Assembly (NCBI GenBank): GCA_050251875.1
Contig: JBFWMA010000007.1
Span: forward strand, 32,001 to 96,000
Direction: 5' to 3'
DNA from: Deferribacterales bacterium
Lineage (GTDB): Bacteria; Chrysiogenota; Deferribacteres; Deferribacterales; Geovibrionaceae
DNA length: 64,000 bases
Part shown: positions 9,129-19,398 of the stretch, piece by piece
Layout of the letters: each line of letters opens with the position of its first letter
Numbering within the stretch: the first letter of the stretch is position 1
Program-made: the position numbers and the translations under genes
Notes under the pieces: model-generated
Told to the model about the DNA's origin: nothing
Databases searched by the model: none
What the model saw: the letters and a program-made list of their open reading frames with translations, nothing else

Positions 9129-9187
9129 CTCCATAGTAAACCTTACGCTATCAGTTATATTGATGAAAATCCAGACAGGAGGATTAA

Positions 9188-10201
9188 ATGAAAAAGCTCA
9201 CAACGCTTGTGCTGTCCATAATCGCACTCGCAGCATTCACATTCTCTGCCCACGCCAGAGACCAGATCAGAATTGTAGGTTCCTCTACAGTGTATCCTTT
9301 CGCATCTTATGTTGCTGAGGAATTCGGAGCCACAGGAAAATTTAAAACACCTATCATCGAGTCCACAGGTTCAGGCGGCGGTCACAAACTTTTCGCAGCC
9401 GGCACAGACCTCAACACTCCCGACATCACTAACTCTTCCAGAAGAATGAAAGACAGCGAATTCAACAAAAACATGGAAGTAGGAAACAAAGAAATAACAG
9501 AAGTTATCATCGGATATGATGGTATCGCTGTTGCGTTCAACAAAAAGAACCCCGATCTTAACCTTACAAGAAACGACCTGTTCCTTGCTGTTGCCGCTGA
9601 AGTACCCCAAGGTGGAAAACTTGTAGCTAACCCCTACAAATACTGGGACGAAGTTAACTCATCACTCCCCCACAAAAAAATCGTGATCTACGGACCTCCC
9701 ACATCTTCCGGTACTAGAGACGCTTTCGAAGAGCTCGTAATGGAGCACGCTTCTAAGAGCTTCCCCGAGTACGGCAAAACAGCATACAAAAAAATCCGTC
9801 AGGACAACGGCTACATCCCCGCTGGCGAAAACGACAACCTTATAGTTCAGAAACTGGCTAAAGACGCTGACGCTATGGGCATCTTCGGCTACTCATACCT
9901 TGAAGAAAACGGCGACAGAATTAAAGGCGCTTCCATCGATGGCGTAACACCTATCCCCGTTAACATTTCTTCAGGCAAATACCCGATATCAAGATCACTT
10001 TTCTTCTATGTAAAACTCGGTCACATCGGCATGGTTCCCGGAATCCAGGAATATGTTGACCTTTTCCTTAACGAAAAAATGATCGGCGATAAAGGTCTTC
10101 TGAAAAAAATCGGTCTTATCCCCCTTCCCAAAGCAGAAAGAGATGCTATGCGCGCAAGATGGGCTAAACACCAGAACCTTACACTTAACGATCTCAAATA
10201 A
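9188..10201 (+). CDS. pstS: Phosphate ABC transporter substrate-binding protein
   Basis: Signal peptide; 'GSSTVYP', 'STGSGGG', 'SSGTRDAFEE', 'YPISRSLFFY'. Confidence 0.95.
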   Translation: MKKLTTLVLSIIALAAFTFSAHARDQIRIVGSSTVYPFASYVAEEFGATGKFKTPIIESTGSGGGHKLFAAGTDLNTPDITNSSRRMKDSEFNKNMEVGNKEITEVIIGYDGIAVAFNKKNPDLNLTRNDLFLAVAAEVPQGGKLVANPYKYWDEVNSSLPHKKIVIYGPPTSSGTRDAFEELVMEHASKSFPEYGKTAYKKIRQDNGYIPAGENDNLIVQKLAKDADAMGIFGYSYLEENGDRIKGASIDGVTPIPVNISSGKYPISRSLFFYVKLGHIGMVPGIQEYVDLFLNEKMIGDKGLLKKIGLIPLPKAERDAMRARWAKHQNLTLNDLK

Positions 10202-10217
10202 GATAACTCGTGTCTAT

Positions 10218-10248
10218 GGTCTGCCGTTTCGGCGGCAGACCTTTTTTT
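10218..10248 (+). terminator. Intergenic terminator/stabiliser hairpin between pstS and pstC
   Basis: GGTCTGCCG-TTT-CGGCGGCAGACC followed by a T-run. Confidence 0.75.
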
Positions 10249-10272
10249 ATAACTTGCTGTTTGGAGAATCAG

Positions 10273-11514
10273 ATGCTTAAAGTTCTTTTATACTTTCTCA
10301 TAGGCGTACTTCCCCTCTGCTACATGGCTTTCTACATCGGAAGAAACAAGGCCAGACAAGGCGAGGCCTCTCTGGGAGAAAGATACCACTCCAGACCGGG
10401 TCACTACGGCTGGTACGCTGTCATATGGATGGCGGTTCCCTCTATGGTGATCTCATTTGTTTTCACCCTTCTTGGTTCTTCCAAGATATTTGTCGTTCCC
10501 GCCGCAATGCGCATCTCTACCCTACTTATTCTGGCGGCTTTCGGTCTTTGGTTTGCTCTGAGACAGATCAATCCTTCACTCCGCGCCAGAAATTTTATCG
10601 AGCAAACAATCAAGGTGGCGCTCGTTACAGCGTCTCTTGTTTCTATAATAACCACGATAGGAATCGTGTTCTCAATTCTTTTCGAGGCTATGCACTTTTT
10701 CAGCAAGGTCTCCATATGGGATTTCATAACAGGCACCGAGTGGAGCCCGGACACAGCGTTTCTGGAAGGTGCCGGACGTGACGCTTCCGGAGCGTCACAG
10801 GCTCAGTTCGGTTCTCTCCCCATATTCTCAGGCACATTTATGATAACCCTGATAGCCCTCGCTGTTGCCGTTCCCGTTGGTCTGTTCTCGGCTATATTCA
10901 TGTCGGAATACGCCAGCAACAAGGTACGGGGAATGGTTAAGCCCGTTCTGGAGATACTCGCCGGTATCCCCACGGTGGTATACGGCTTCTTCGCCGCTAT
11001 CACAGTGAGCCCGCTCGTGGTGAACACCGCGGAAAGGTTAGGTTTTCAAGCTGATTACACCAACGCCCTCAGCCCCGGTCTGGTTATGGGCATTATGATA
11101 ATTCCGTTCGTATCGTCTCTTTCGGATGACGTTATAAACGCTATACCCCAGAACATGCGTGAAGGATCTCTGGCGCTGGGAATGACCCGGTCAGAAACCA
11201 TGAAGCACGTTCTGCTCCCCGCCGCCCTGCCCGGCATCATCTCCGCTGTTCTGCTGGCTCTTTCCAGAGCCATAGGCGAAACAATGATAGTGGTGATGGC
11301 AGCAGGTCTCCAGCCGAACCTCACATGGAACCCGCTGGAGGGCATGACAACAGTAACGGTAAGAATCGTTGACGCTCTGACAGGCGACCAGTCCTTCGAC
11401 AGCCTTGAGACGCTCTCGGCTTTCGGTCTGGGTTTTGTTCTGCTTATAGTGACGCTGATTCTGAACATAGTTTCCAGCATCGTTATCAGAAAGTTCCGCA
11501 AACAATATGTATAA
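10273..11514 (+). CDS. pstC: Phosphate ABC transporter permease
   Basis: 'LEILAGIPTVVYGFF', 'SRAIGETMIV'; GGAG RBS before ATG 10273. Confidence 0.95.
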   Translation: MLKVLLYFLIGVLPLCYMAFYIGRNKARQGEASLGERYHSRPGHYGWYAVIWMAVPSMVISFVFTLLGSSKIFVVPAAMRISTLLILAAFGLWFALRQINPSLRARNFIEQTIKVALVTASLVSIITTIGIVFSILFEAMHFFSKVSIWDFITGTEWSPDTAFLEGAGRDASGASQAQFGSLPIFSGTFMITLIALAVAVPVGLFSAIFMSEYASNKVRGMVKPVLEILAGIPTVVYGFFAAITVSPLVVNTAERLGFQADYTNALSPGLVMGIMIIPFVSSLSDDVINAIPQNMREGSLALGMTRSETMKHVLLPAALPGIISAVLLALSRAIGETMIVVMAAGLQPNLTWNPLEGMTTVTVRIVDALTGDQSFDSLETLSAFGLGFVLLIVTLILNIVSSIVIRKFRKQYV

Positions 11515-11531
11515 TTAATCGGGAATAACAA

Positions 11532-12695
11532 ATGGACAGAGAAAAAAGAAGACAGCAGAGAATAAGAAAAAGATACAGAGGCGAAACATTCTTCAGATCC
11601 TGCGCCCTGATGGCGATAGTGGTCGCCGCCTCGTTTCTGATATTCTTTCTCGTGGACATAGTCCGCACAGGCTACACCGCCTTTCAGCAGACAGAAATCA
11701 ATGTTGACGTGGTCTACAATCAGGATACAGTGGATTTTCCCCAGACTGCCGTTCCCGATGAACTCTCAGATCTGGTCAGCCGAGGTTTTCTGCGTCTGAT
11801 CCCCGGTCAGGTGGAGGAGAACCCCGATCTGATGGGAACCACACAGAATTTGTGGATTCTGGCAGAGGCTGAGGTGGATCAGTATTTCAAAGGCAAGCCG
11901 AACAAGCTGGACGAAGAAGAGATCGCTGTTGTGGAAAAACTGAGAGCTGAAGGCAAAATCAAAAAATTCTTCAACAAAGGATTTTTTACCAACGGCGACT
12001 CAAAGCTCCCCGAAATGGCGGGTCTGAAATCCGCTGTGGTGGGTACACTCTATGTACTGATGCTGACTATGCTGTTCTCCATCCCGGTGGGCGTCATGAC
12101 AGCCATATATCTGGAGGAGTTCGCCGCCGACAACTGGGTGACCAGAATCATAGAGGTAAACATAAACAACCTCGCCGCCATCCCCTCGATCATCTTCGGT
12201 CTTCTGGGTCTGGCGATATTCATAAACATATTCGGAGTACCCAGATCATCTGCTCTCGCAGGCGGTCTGACACTCTCTCTGATGACACTTCCCGTCATCA
12301 TCATAAGCACCAGAGCATCTCTGCGCTCCGTGCCCGACACCATACGTCAGGGCGCTCAGGGCGTGGGCGCTTCACCCTGGCAGGTGGTGTGGCATCACAT
12401 ACTGCCCCTCTCGCTGCCCGGAATAATGACAGGCTCAATCATCGGTCTGGCGCACGCCATGGGCGAAACAGCCCCCCTTCTGATAGTCGGTATGCTGGCA
12501 TATATTCCCTCTGCCCCCACCAGCATCACAGAGGCGGCAACGGTTCTTCCGGCGCAGATATACACATGGTCTGCCGATTCACTTAGAGCCTATACAGAAC
12601 GTACGGCTCTTGGTATTATAGTTCTGCTGAGCATACTTCTGATGCTGAATGCGGTTGCGGTTGTTCTCAGAAACAAGTATGAACGTAAATGGTAA
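11532..12695 (+). CDS. pstA: Phosphate ABC transporter permease
   Basis: 'NLAAIPSIIFGLLGL', 'MGETAPLL'. Confidence 0.95.
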   Translation: MDREKRRQQRIRKRYRGETFFRSCALMAIVVAASFLIFFLVDIVRTGYTAFQQTEINVDVVYNQDTVDFPQTAVPDELSDLVSRGFLRLIPGQVEENPDLMGTTQNLWILAEAEVDQYFKGKPNKLDEEEIAVVEKLRAEGKIKKFFNKGFFTNGDSKLPEMAGLKSAVVGTLYVLMLTMLFSIPVGVMTAIYLEEFAADNWVTRIIEVNINNLAAIPSIIFGLLGLAIFINIFGVPRSSALAGGLTLSLMTLPVIIISTRASLRSVPDTIRQGAQGVGASPWQVVWHHILPLSLPGIMTGSIIGLAHAMGETAPLLIVGMLAYIPSAPTSITEAATVLPAQIYTWSADSLRAYTERTALGIIVLLSILLMLNAVAVVLRNKYERKW

Positions 12696-12725
12696 GTAAC
12701 ACTCGGTTAATGAGCGGAGAAATAA

Positions 12726-13490
12726 ATGGAAAATAAGTTTAAAATGAAATCTGAGGCGCTGAATTTCTACTATGGGGATTTTCATGCTCTCAGGGATATC
12801 AACCTGACCTTTCCCGAAAAGAAAGTTACAGCTCTGATAGGTCCTTCCGGATGCGGCAAGTCAACCTATCTGAGATGTTTCAATAGAATGAACGACCTGA
12901 TAAAAGGCATTAAGGTTGTCGGCGGAATCTTTCTGGACGATCAGGAGATCCACGACCCCAAGCTCGATGTGGTGGAGCTCCGCAGACGGGTGGGAATGGT
13001 TTTTCAAAAACCCAACCCCTTCCCCAAGACCATCTATGAAAACATCGCCTATGCGCCCAGAATCCACGGTCTGGTCTCCAAAGGAAGCGAGATGGACGAT
13101 CTGGTGGAAGAATCGCTGAAAAAAGCTGGTCTCTGGGACGAGGTAAAAGACAGGCTGAAATCTCAGGCGACAGCTCTTTCCGGCGGACAGCAGCAGAGAC
13201 TCTGCATAGCCAGAGCGCTGGCTATGGAACCCGAAGTTCTGCTGATGGACGAACCCGCTTCCGCTCTGGACCCTATCGCCACACAGAAGATAGAGGAGCT
13301 GATATACGAGCTGAAGGAACGCCTCACCGTTATCATCGTTACCCACAACATGCAGCAGGCGGCGAGAGTGTCCGACTACACAGCTTTCTTCTACATGGGA
13401 GAGCTGATAGAAGTGGGCGACACCAGCACCATTTTCACCAACCCTTCCGTTAAAAAGACTGAGGATTACATTACCGGACGTTTCGGCTGA
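12726..13490 (+). CDS. pstB: Phosphate ABC transporter ATPase
   Basis: 'GPSGCGKST', 'FQKPNPFP', '[13 protein letters not shown]', '[10 protein letters not shown]'. Confidence 0.97.
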   Translation: MENKFKMKSEALNFYYGDFHALRDINLTFPEKKVTALIGPSGCGKSTYLRCFNRMNDLIKGIKVVGGIFLDDQEIHDPKLDVVELRRRVGMVFQKPNPFPKTIYENIAYAPRIHGLVSKGSEMDDLVEESLKKAGLWDEVKDRLKSQATALSGGQQQRLCIARALAMEPEVLLMDEPASALDPIATQKIEELIYELKERLTVIIVTHNMQQAARVSDYTAFFYMGELIEVGDTSTIFTNPSVKKTEDYITGRFG

Positions 13491-13514
13491 TCCTTATTTT
13501 TTTATGATATCAGG

Positions 13515-13537
13515 GGGCGGTTCAACCGCCCTTTTTT
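13515..13537 (+). terminator. Intrinsic terminator of the pst operon
   Basis: GGGCGGTT-C-AACCGCCC followed by a T-run. Confidence 0.8.
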
Positions 13538-13539
13538 AT

Positions 13540-13557
13540 TTGTCACATCACTGTCAA
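13540..13557 (+). promoter_or_regulatory. Pho-box-like site upstream of the chemoreceptor gene
   Basis: TTGTCAC-ATCA-CTGTCAA vs E. coli consensus CTGTCAT-AAAA-CTGTCAC. Confidence 0.6.
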
Positions 13558-13675
13558 ATTCTTGCAAACTATTCTTATTATTTACTAATTTTACCATTTA
13601 TTATTTGACTGACACACCCTCAGATTTTACAATCCAGCATAAACAAAACTCATTAATAATATTTAGGGGCGTGTT

Positions 13676-15667
13676 ATGCGGTTAGTCCAGATTTTTAAAA
13701 ACATGCGGATCAAGACAAAAACACTTCTTCTTTTTGCGGCGTGTCTCATCATGAGTCTCTCTGTGACGGGTTACTTCGTCATCAGAAACATCGAGACCTA
13801 TTTTTCCAAGCAGGTGGAAACACTCCTGACGGCTCAGGCAAACTCTTTCAGGGACAGGCTGTCCGGATTCAACGAGCTGTCCAAAAAACTCGCCGACTCC
13901 AACAAAGACGATATCAAAATGATCCTCAGCAACGAGCTGAACTCAATCAACGATACAGCGGAGAGGATATACAGCGCCTACACGATAGCAGGAGAGAGCG
14001 GAGAGGCGATCAAATTCAGAATAATGGATGTAGCGGATAAAAAGAAAATAGGAAAGAGCGGGTTCGCCTTTGCTCTGGATACAGACAGCTTCTTTTCCGT
14101 TATGCCTGATTACGCGCTGAAAGACGAGGGATCGCTCTTTCAAAAACTGAATAATAAAAGCGAGCTGTCGGTCATAGAATCAAAACGGGGCGACAAACTC
14201 TACACCATGTGCGGTTTCAGCGAAAAATATCAGTGGCTTCTGTGCGCCGCCATGCCGGAGAAAGAGGCGTCCGCCGGGTCGATATACATAGACAACTACG
14301 CAGAGCAGTCGTTCGCCGATTTCATACATAACACCACTCTGGCAAAAACCGGCTATTACTATGCCATAGACATGACCGGAAAGGTTCTTCTGCACCACGA
14401 CAAAGAGACGGAAGGACGGGACCTGTCCGGCGAACCGTTCATACAGACCATGCTGAAGAATAAGAACGGCACCATGACATATACATGGAACGGCAGGACA
14501 AAGCTGATAAGCTATGCCTACATAGAGCCTCTGAACTGTATTCTGGCGGGCGGAGCGAGCAAGCAGGAGCTGGCGGGCAATTTCTTTACCAAGATAATAT
14601 TCCGGTTCACCATGACGGCGGCGCTGATGCTGGTGATAGCATCGCTTCTGATGAACACCCTGTTTAAAAACAACATAGTAAAACCTCTGAACAAACTCGG
14701 CGCTTTCATGGAAAAAATATCCACTGGCGACCTGTCGGTCAGATGCGAGATAAACAGAAAAGACGAAGTCGGCTCCATGGGCGAGCTGATAAACGGCATG
14801 ATAGAAAGATTCGGCTCAGCCATGAAAGACGTAAAACACGCCTCAGACGATGTCAGCTCCCACTCCATAAGCCTCACAGACGCCAGCGCCCAGCTATCGG
14901 AAGCCATTAAGTCACAGTCGGAGAGAACGGCTGACGTGGAACTGGCGGTTCGTGAGATATTAAAATCATTCGAGAGCATCTCCGGAAATATAGAGAATGT
15001 CAGCTCGGAAATCATGAGCATCAGACAGAGCGCCTCAGACGGTCAGTCAACGCTGGAATCAACAGTGAAAGGCATCAACACGCTCACATCTACGGTCATG
15101 AACACTGCGGAGAATATAAACAGCCTCGGAAGCTCGTCAGAGCACATCACAGAAATTCTGAAAGTAATCACGGACATAGCCGAGCAGACCAACCTGCTGG
15201 CGCTGAACGCCGCCATAGAAGCCGCCAGAGCCGGAGAACACGGCAGAGGATTCGCCGTGGTGGCGGACGAGGTGCGGAAACTGGCGGAGCGGACACGCAC
15301 AGCCACGGAAGAGATATCCACCATGACGGAAAACATCCGCAAGCAGGTGCAGGTATCTGTGAACGACATAGCCTCCGGTGCGAAACTGGCGCAGGAGGGC
15401 GAACAGATGGTTTACGGGCTGAAGACAGCTCTGGACAGCATCATCACAGGCGTAATCGGCGTATCAGACAGCATACAGTCCGTGTCGGCGGCGATGGAAC
15501 AGCAGAACCAGTCCAGCAGGCAGATATCCGAGAACTCAGCCACCATAGCGTCATATTCCAAGACCAACTCAGAGATAGCTTTTTCCAACAAAGAACAGGC
15601 GATGCTCCTTTCCAAACTTTCCGAAAAACTAAACGGATCGGTGAAAAGATTCATATTGAAGAACTGA
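13676..15667 (+). CDS. Methyl-accepting chemotaxis protein with periplasmic Cache domains and HAMP
   Basis: '[40 protein letters not shown]'; Cache-type '[15 protein letters not shown]'; two TM segments. Confidence 0.95.
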   Translation: MRLVQIFKNMRIKTKTLLLFAACLIMSLSVTGYFVIRNIETYFSKQVETLLTAQANSFRDRLSGFNELSKKLADSNKDDIKMILSNELNSINDTAERIYSAYTIAGESGEAIKFRIMDVADKKKIGKSGFAFALDTDSFFSVMPDYALKDEGSLFQKLNNKSELSVIESKRGDKLYTMCGFSEKYQWLLCAAMPEKEASAGSIYIDNYAEQSFADFIHNTTLAKTGYYYAIDMTGKVLLHHDKETEGRDLSGEPFIQTMLKNKNGTMTYTWNGRTKLISYAYIEPLNCILAGGASKQELAGNFFTKIIFRFTMTAALMLVIASLLMNTLFKNNIVKPLNKLGAFMEKISTGDLSVRCEINRKDEVGSMGELINGMIERFGSAMKDVKHASDDVSSHSISLTDASAQLSEAIKSQSERTADVELAVREILKSFESISGNIENVSSEIMSIRQSASDGQSTLESTVKGINTLTSTVMNTAENINSLGSSSEHITEILKVITDIAEQTNLLALNAAIEAARAGEHGRGFAVVADEVRKLAERTRTATEEISTMTENIRKQVQVSVNDIASGAKLAQEGEQMVYGLKTALDSIITGVIGVSDSIQSVSAAMEQQNQSSRQISENSATIASYSKTNSEIAFSNKEQAMLLSKLSEKLNGSVKRFILKN

Positions 15668-15670
15668 CCT

Positions 15671-15720
15671 CATTGGTGTAGTGTTCTCTTTCCCTCAAAA
15701 AAAAAGGACACTGCACCATG
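15671..15720 (+). promoter_or_regulatory. Hairpin covering the RBS and start codon of the DMT gene
   Basis: GGTGTAGTGTTCT pairs with AGGACACTGCACC (13 bp including 2 G-U), extended by CAT/ATG. Confidence 0.55.
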
Positions 15721-16602
15721 AACCTGAAACTCAGAGAATATTTAGCCGACACATCGCTGATCACCATATCGCTGATATGGGGAAGCACATTTATAATCGT
15801 TAAAAAGACAGTCGAGCTTTTTGAGCCCATCACTTTTGTGGGGCTCAGATTCACCCTGGCGTTTCTCATCATGCTGCCCTTCTGCTGGTCCAGAAGAAAG
15901 TATTTTAACACAAGGCTGCTGAAGGACGGTCTGATAATAGGCGTTTCGCTCTTTATCGTTTTCACCTTTCAGACTCTGGCGCTTAAATACAGCCCCGCTT
16001 CGGAGGTGGGTTTTCTCACCGGTCTCTATGTTCTTTTTGTGCCTGTTCTGTCCGCTGTCTTTCTGAAGAAATATCCCCATATCTTTTCGTGGATAGGCGT
16101 TATCTTCTCCGCTATGGGTATGATGATGATAACCATGACAGACAGCCTGAGTCTCTCCCTGGGGCAGACTTTTGCCATTCTGAACGCTTTTTTCATAGGC
16201 ATACAGATAATCCTGACGGACACATATTCCAGAAAACACGATGTGATACTGCTCACAGCCATAGAGATAGGCACAGTGGCGGTATTCTCCATGATATATT
16301 CAGTTCTGTTCGAAAACCCGGACTATTCACAGCTTAAGCACAGCTATGTCTTTTACTCGCTGATGTTTAACGCCGTGATAGCCACCGTCTTCTGTTTTTT
16401 CATCCAGATGGCTATGCAGAAGCACACCACACCGACAAAAGCCGCTATCATGTTCACCATAGAACCAATATCGTCAGCGTTTTTCAGCTTTTTCATCGGA
16501 AGCGAAATCATGCTGTTTAAACAATACGCCGGGGCGGCAATGATAGTCGCCGCCATCATCTTAGCGGAAGCCGGAACCTATCTCCGCCTTTCAAAAAAAT
16601 AA
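15718..16602 (+). CDS. DMT/EamA family transporter
   Basis: 'LIWGSTF', 'LRFTLA', 'EPISSAFF'; about 10 hydrophobic segments. Confidence 0.9.
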   Translation: MNLKLREYLADTSLITISLIWGSTFIIVKKTVELFEPITFVGLRFTLAFLIMLPFCWSRRKYFNTRLLKDGLIIGVSLFIVFTFQTLALKYSPASEVGFLTGLYVLFVPVLSAVFLKKYPHIFSWIGVIFSAMGMMMITMTDSLSLSLGQTFAILNAFFIGIQIILTDTYSRKHDVILLTAIEIGTVAVFSMIYSVLFENPDYSQLKHSYVFYSLMFNAVIATVFCFFIQMAMQKHTTPTKAAIMFTIEPISSAFFSFFIGSEIMLFKQYAGAAMIVAAIILAEAGTYLRLSKK

Positions 16603-16645
16603 AGGATCAGTTGAAAATGGCGCTGATATACTTTAAATTTGAAAT

Positions 16646-18256
16646 ATGAGATTCCAAAAATTTAACAATATCATAGACAAAACCAACAACTATATCTTCA
16701 GAAAAGCGTTTATCATATTCGCCATCACCGGGCTGATAACAACGCCGGTAATCTCATATCTTTTTCTGCACAAACCCGAAAGCATGCTGGAATCCTATTA
16801 CAGCGCCGAGGCGTCATCTATCAGATACAGCTCCGAGGTGATATCCGACAGAGTGGCTAAGGTGACCGAAGACACACGGTTTCTGGCGGGCATGCTGGAG
16901 CTCGGCGACTATATCAAACAGGGCGACAAACGCTCTATGGACAATTTCAAAAGCAACCTGATCAACTTCGCCTCCCTGTCGAAAAACTACGACCAGCTGA
17001 GATATCTGGACTCCACAGGACAGGAGCTGGTACGCATAAATTATAAATCCGGCATACCGTACATCGTCTCTCAGGATGATCTTCAGAACAAATCAAAAAG
17101 ATATTATTTCACAGGCGCCATTAGCATGGACAGAAACGATGTCTACATATCGCCCATAGACCTGAATATGGAGAACGGAGTTCTGGAGATGCCGTTTAAG
17201 CCTATGATGCGGTTCGCCGCTCAGGTGCGTGACAGTCATTATGATATCAAAGGCGTGTTCGTAATTAACTATTCCGTAAACGAAATGTTCTCACGTCTGA
17301 AACAGCTCTCCACAGGGTCTCCCGGAAACATCATGCTGCTGAACGGAGACGGGTACTGGCTTCTGAGCAACGTGGAGGACGACCAGTGGGGTTTCATGCT
17401 CTCTGAGAGGGATTCCAGACTGTTTCCCAACGATTATCTGAACGAGTGGGAAAAGATGAAGGAAGCGGACTGCGGACAGTTTCTGACAGACAAAGGACTC
17501 TTCACCTATCAAAGACTCTATATCCTGAAAAACGGGTCTGTATCAACATCACTGTCCAATGACAATAAACTGATATATCACTACAGTATTGTGGTGTTAA
17601 AGCATATCCCCACAGCCGTCATGGACAAGATACAGAAAGCGAAAATAATCAGCACGCTGGAGATCATCAGCGTTATATTCATCCTCTCATGCATCCCCGC
17701 CTGGTTTATAGCCAGACTGTATACCCGGAAAAAACTGAACAGGGAAATAATAGATATCAGCTCCAAGTATGACGCGCTGACAAAACTTCCCAACTCAGCC
17801 TCATTTCAGTCTGCCATGCCGGAGGCTATCAAAAACGCTGAGAAATACCGCCACGCTTTCGCCGTCATGATTATCAGCATGGATAACTACAGCCACATAG
17901 TAGATACGTTCGGCAAAAAAGCCGGGGACAATCTGGTGATATCGCTCACAGACCGCATCGGCGAAAAACTGAACGAAAGAACCTACATGGCGAGGATAAA
18001 AGAAGACACCTTCGCTGTCATCGTCCACGACATAAAATCATCCGGAAACGCTGAACAGACCGCCGCCGCTATTATACAGACAGCAGAAGTCACCAACGCC
18101 GTGTATGGAAAAGAATCAAAAACATCTCTCAGTATCGGCATCAGCATTTATCCCGAGAGCGGATACGAAAGCTCAGAACTGACAGCAAAAGCCGAAAAAG
18201 CCGTGATCTCGGCAAAACAGTCCGGAAGCAACTCCTACCGCATATTCCAGCCCTGA
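16646..18256 (+). CDS. dCache sensor fused to a degenerate GGDEF domain
   Basis: 'YDQLRYLDSTGQELVRIN', 'QNKSKRYYF'; 'YDALTKLPN'; active-site motif reads RIKEDTF. Confidence 0.85.
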   Translation: MRFQKFNNIIDKTNNYIFRKAFIIFAITGLITTPVISYLFLHKPESMLESYYSAEASSIRYSSEVISDRVAKVTEDTRFLAGMLELGDYIKQGDKRSMDNFKSNLINFASLSKNYDQLRYLDSTGQELVRINYKSGIPYIVSQDDLQNKSKRYYFTGAISMDRNDVYISPIDLNMENGVLEMPFKPMMRFAAQVRDSHYDIKGVFVINYSVNEMFSRLKQLSTGSPGNIMLLNGDGYWLLSNVEDDQWGFMLSERDSRLFPNDYLNEWEKMKEADCGQFLTDKGLFTYQRLYILKNGSVSTSLSNDNKLIYHYSIVVLKHIPTAVMDKIQKAKIISTLEIISVIFILSCIPAWFIARLYTRKKLNREIIDISSKYDALTKLPNSASFQSAMPEAIKNAEKYRHAFAVMIISMDNYSHIVDTFGKKAGDNLVISLTDRIGEKLNERTYMARIKEDTFAVIVHDIKSSGNAEQTAAAIIQTAEVTNAVYGKESKTSLSIGISIYPESGYESSELTAKAEKAVISAKQSGSNSYRIFQP

Positions 18257-18659
18257 CAGTCATATCTGAAATCCTGAAAAACACCCTGCGTTTTTTTAGT
18301 TTTTGAATTTTTCACGTTTTTTCACGCCTTTTCACAAGTCATATTTTGAGATTATCGCCATATTTCCATATTTTTTACCCTTCAATACCCACATATCACA
18401 CCATTAGAGGCAATTTTTTATACATATTATCATGTTATCTGAAATCATATTCTATATCTGCATATTGTTTACATATAATATATTTATTACATTATATCAA
18501 TATGTTATATAACATTATTCCTATTCTACACCTCTCTGAACACGTCTTTACTCCCAATACACAGGCAATTTTTTAGGTGATTTTTATATTTTCTCAGAAT
18601 TATTTTATTTTTCCGCAATTTTTTTATTGACTTGCGCTAAACTTGGTAATAAATAGCTA

Positions 18660-18691
18660 TGACTAAATAGTCAGCAGTGACCATAAAGTCA
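18660..18691. promoter_or_regulatory. Tandem palindromic operators (TGAC-N6-GTCA x2), probable TetR sites
   Basis: TGACTAAATAGTCA (18660-18673) and TGACCATAAAGTCA (18678-18691), between a TTGACT -35-like hexamer (18627) and the tetR RBS. Confidence 0.75.
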
Positions 18692-18712
18692 CAAACAGCG
18701 GGAGACAAATAA

Positions 18713-19372
18713 ATGGGTGTCGCCTCTATGACAGCTCACAAAAAGAGCAGAACCGAGCTCCGGTCGGAAGCAACCAGACAGTCGCTGATGACAGCGGCCA
18801 AAGAGGTGTTCGCTGAAAGCGGGCTGGATATCTCCACCATAGATGACATCACAGCCAGAGCCAACGTGGGCAAGGGAACTTTTTATCTGCACTTCGCCAA
18901 TAAGAGCGAGCTGATAAATGTTCTGATAACAGCCTCCATGTCTGAGCTGTGCGCCGCTCTGGACAAGGCATGCAAAAACCAGAACGATCTCGATTCTCTT
19001 CTGGACAGCCTTATCCGCGCGCATCTGAAGTTTTTCTCCGAACGCAGGAGCGACTTTATACTGTTTTTTCAGGGCAGATCAGACCTGACTATCAAACACA
19101 GCTATGAGGGGATAGACGAACCCATCCTCAGCTATCTGGAACATGTGGCGGAGCTGATAGACAATGTTGTCAAATATCACCTGCCCCAGAGCTCGCTCAC
19201 CAGAATAGCGTGCGCCGTTGCCGGATTTTTGTCCGGATATTTCTCTTTTGCCGTCATCTCCAACGATGAGGCAAATCTGGAAGAGATGCTGAACCCTGTG
19301 AGAAAGGCGCTGGTGGCGTCTCTGTCACGTTTTATAAAGGAAGCCGTGCCTGCTGACGCAGGCAGCATATAG
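18713..19372 (+). CDS. TetR/AcrR family transcriptional regulator
   Basis: 'AAKEVFAESG...TIDDITARANVGKGTFYLHFANKSEL'. Confidence 0.95.
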   Translation: MGVASMTAHKKSRTELRSEATRQSLMTAAKEVFAESGLDISTIDDITARANVGKGTFYLHFANKSELINVLITASMSELCAALDKACKNQNDLDSLLDSLIRAHLKFFSERRSDFILFFQGRSDLTIKHSYEGIDEPILSYLEHVAELIDNVVKYHLPQSSLTRIACAVAGFLSGYFSFAVISNDEANLEEMLNPVRKALVASLSRFIKEAVPADAGSI

Positions 19373-19398
19373 AGCCCGAACATACAACACGAGGTGCA

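Noticed and set aside
18346..18576. 76-aa ORF in the AT-rich spacer
   Set aside because: TTG start, no RBS, composition typical of AT-rich non-coding DNA
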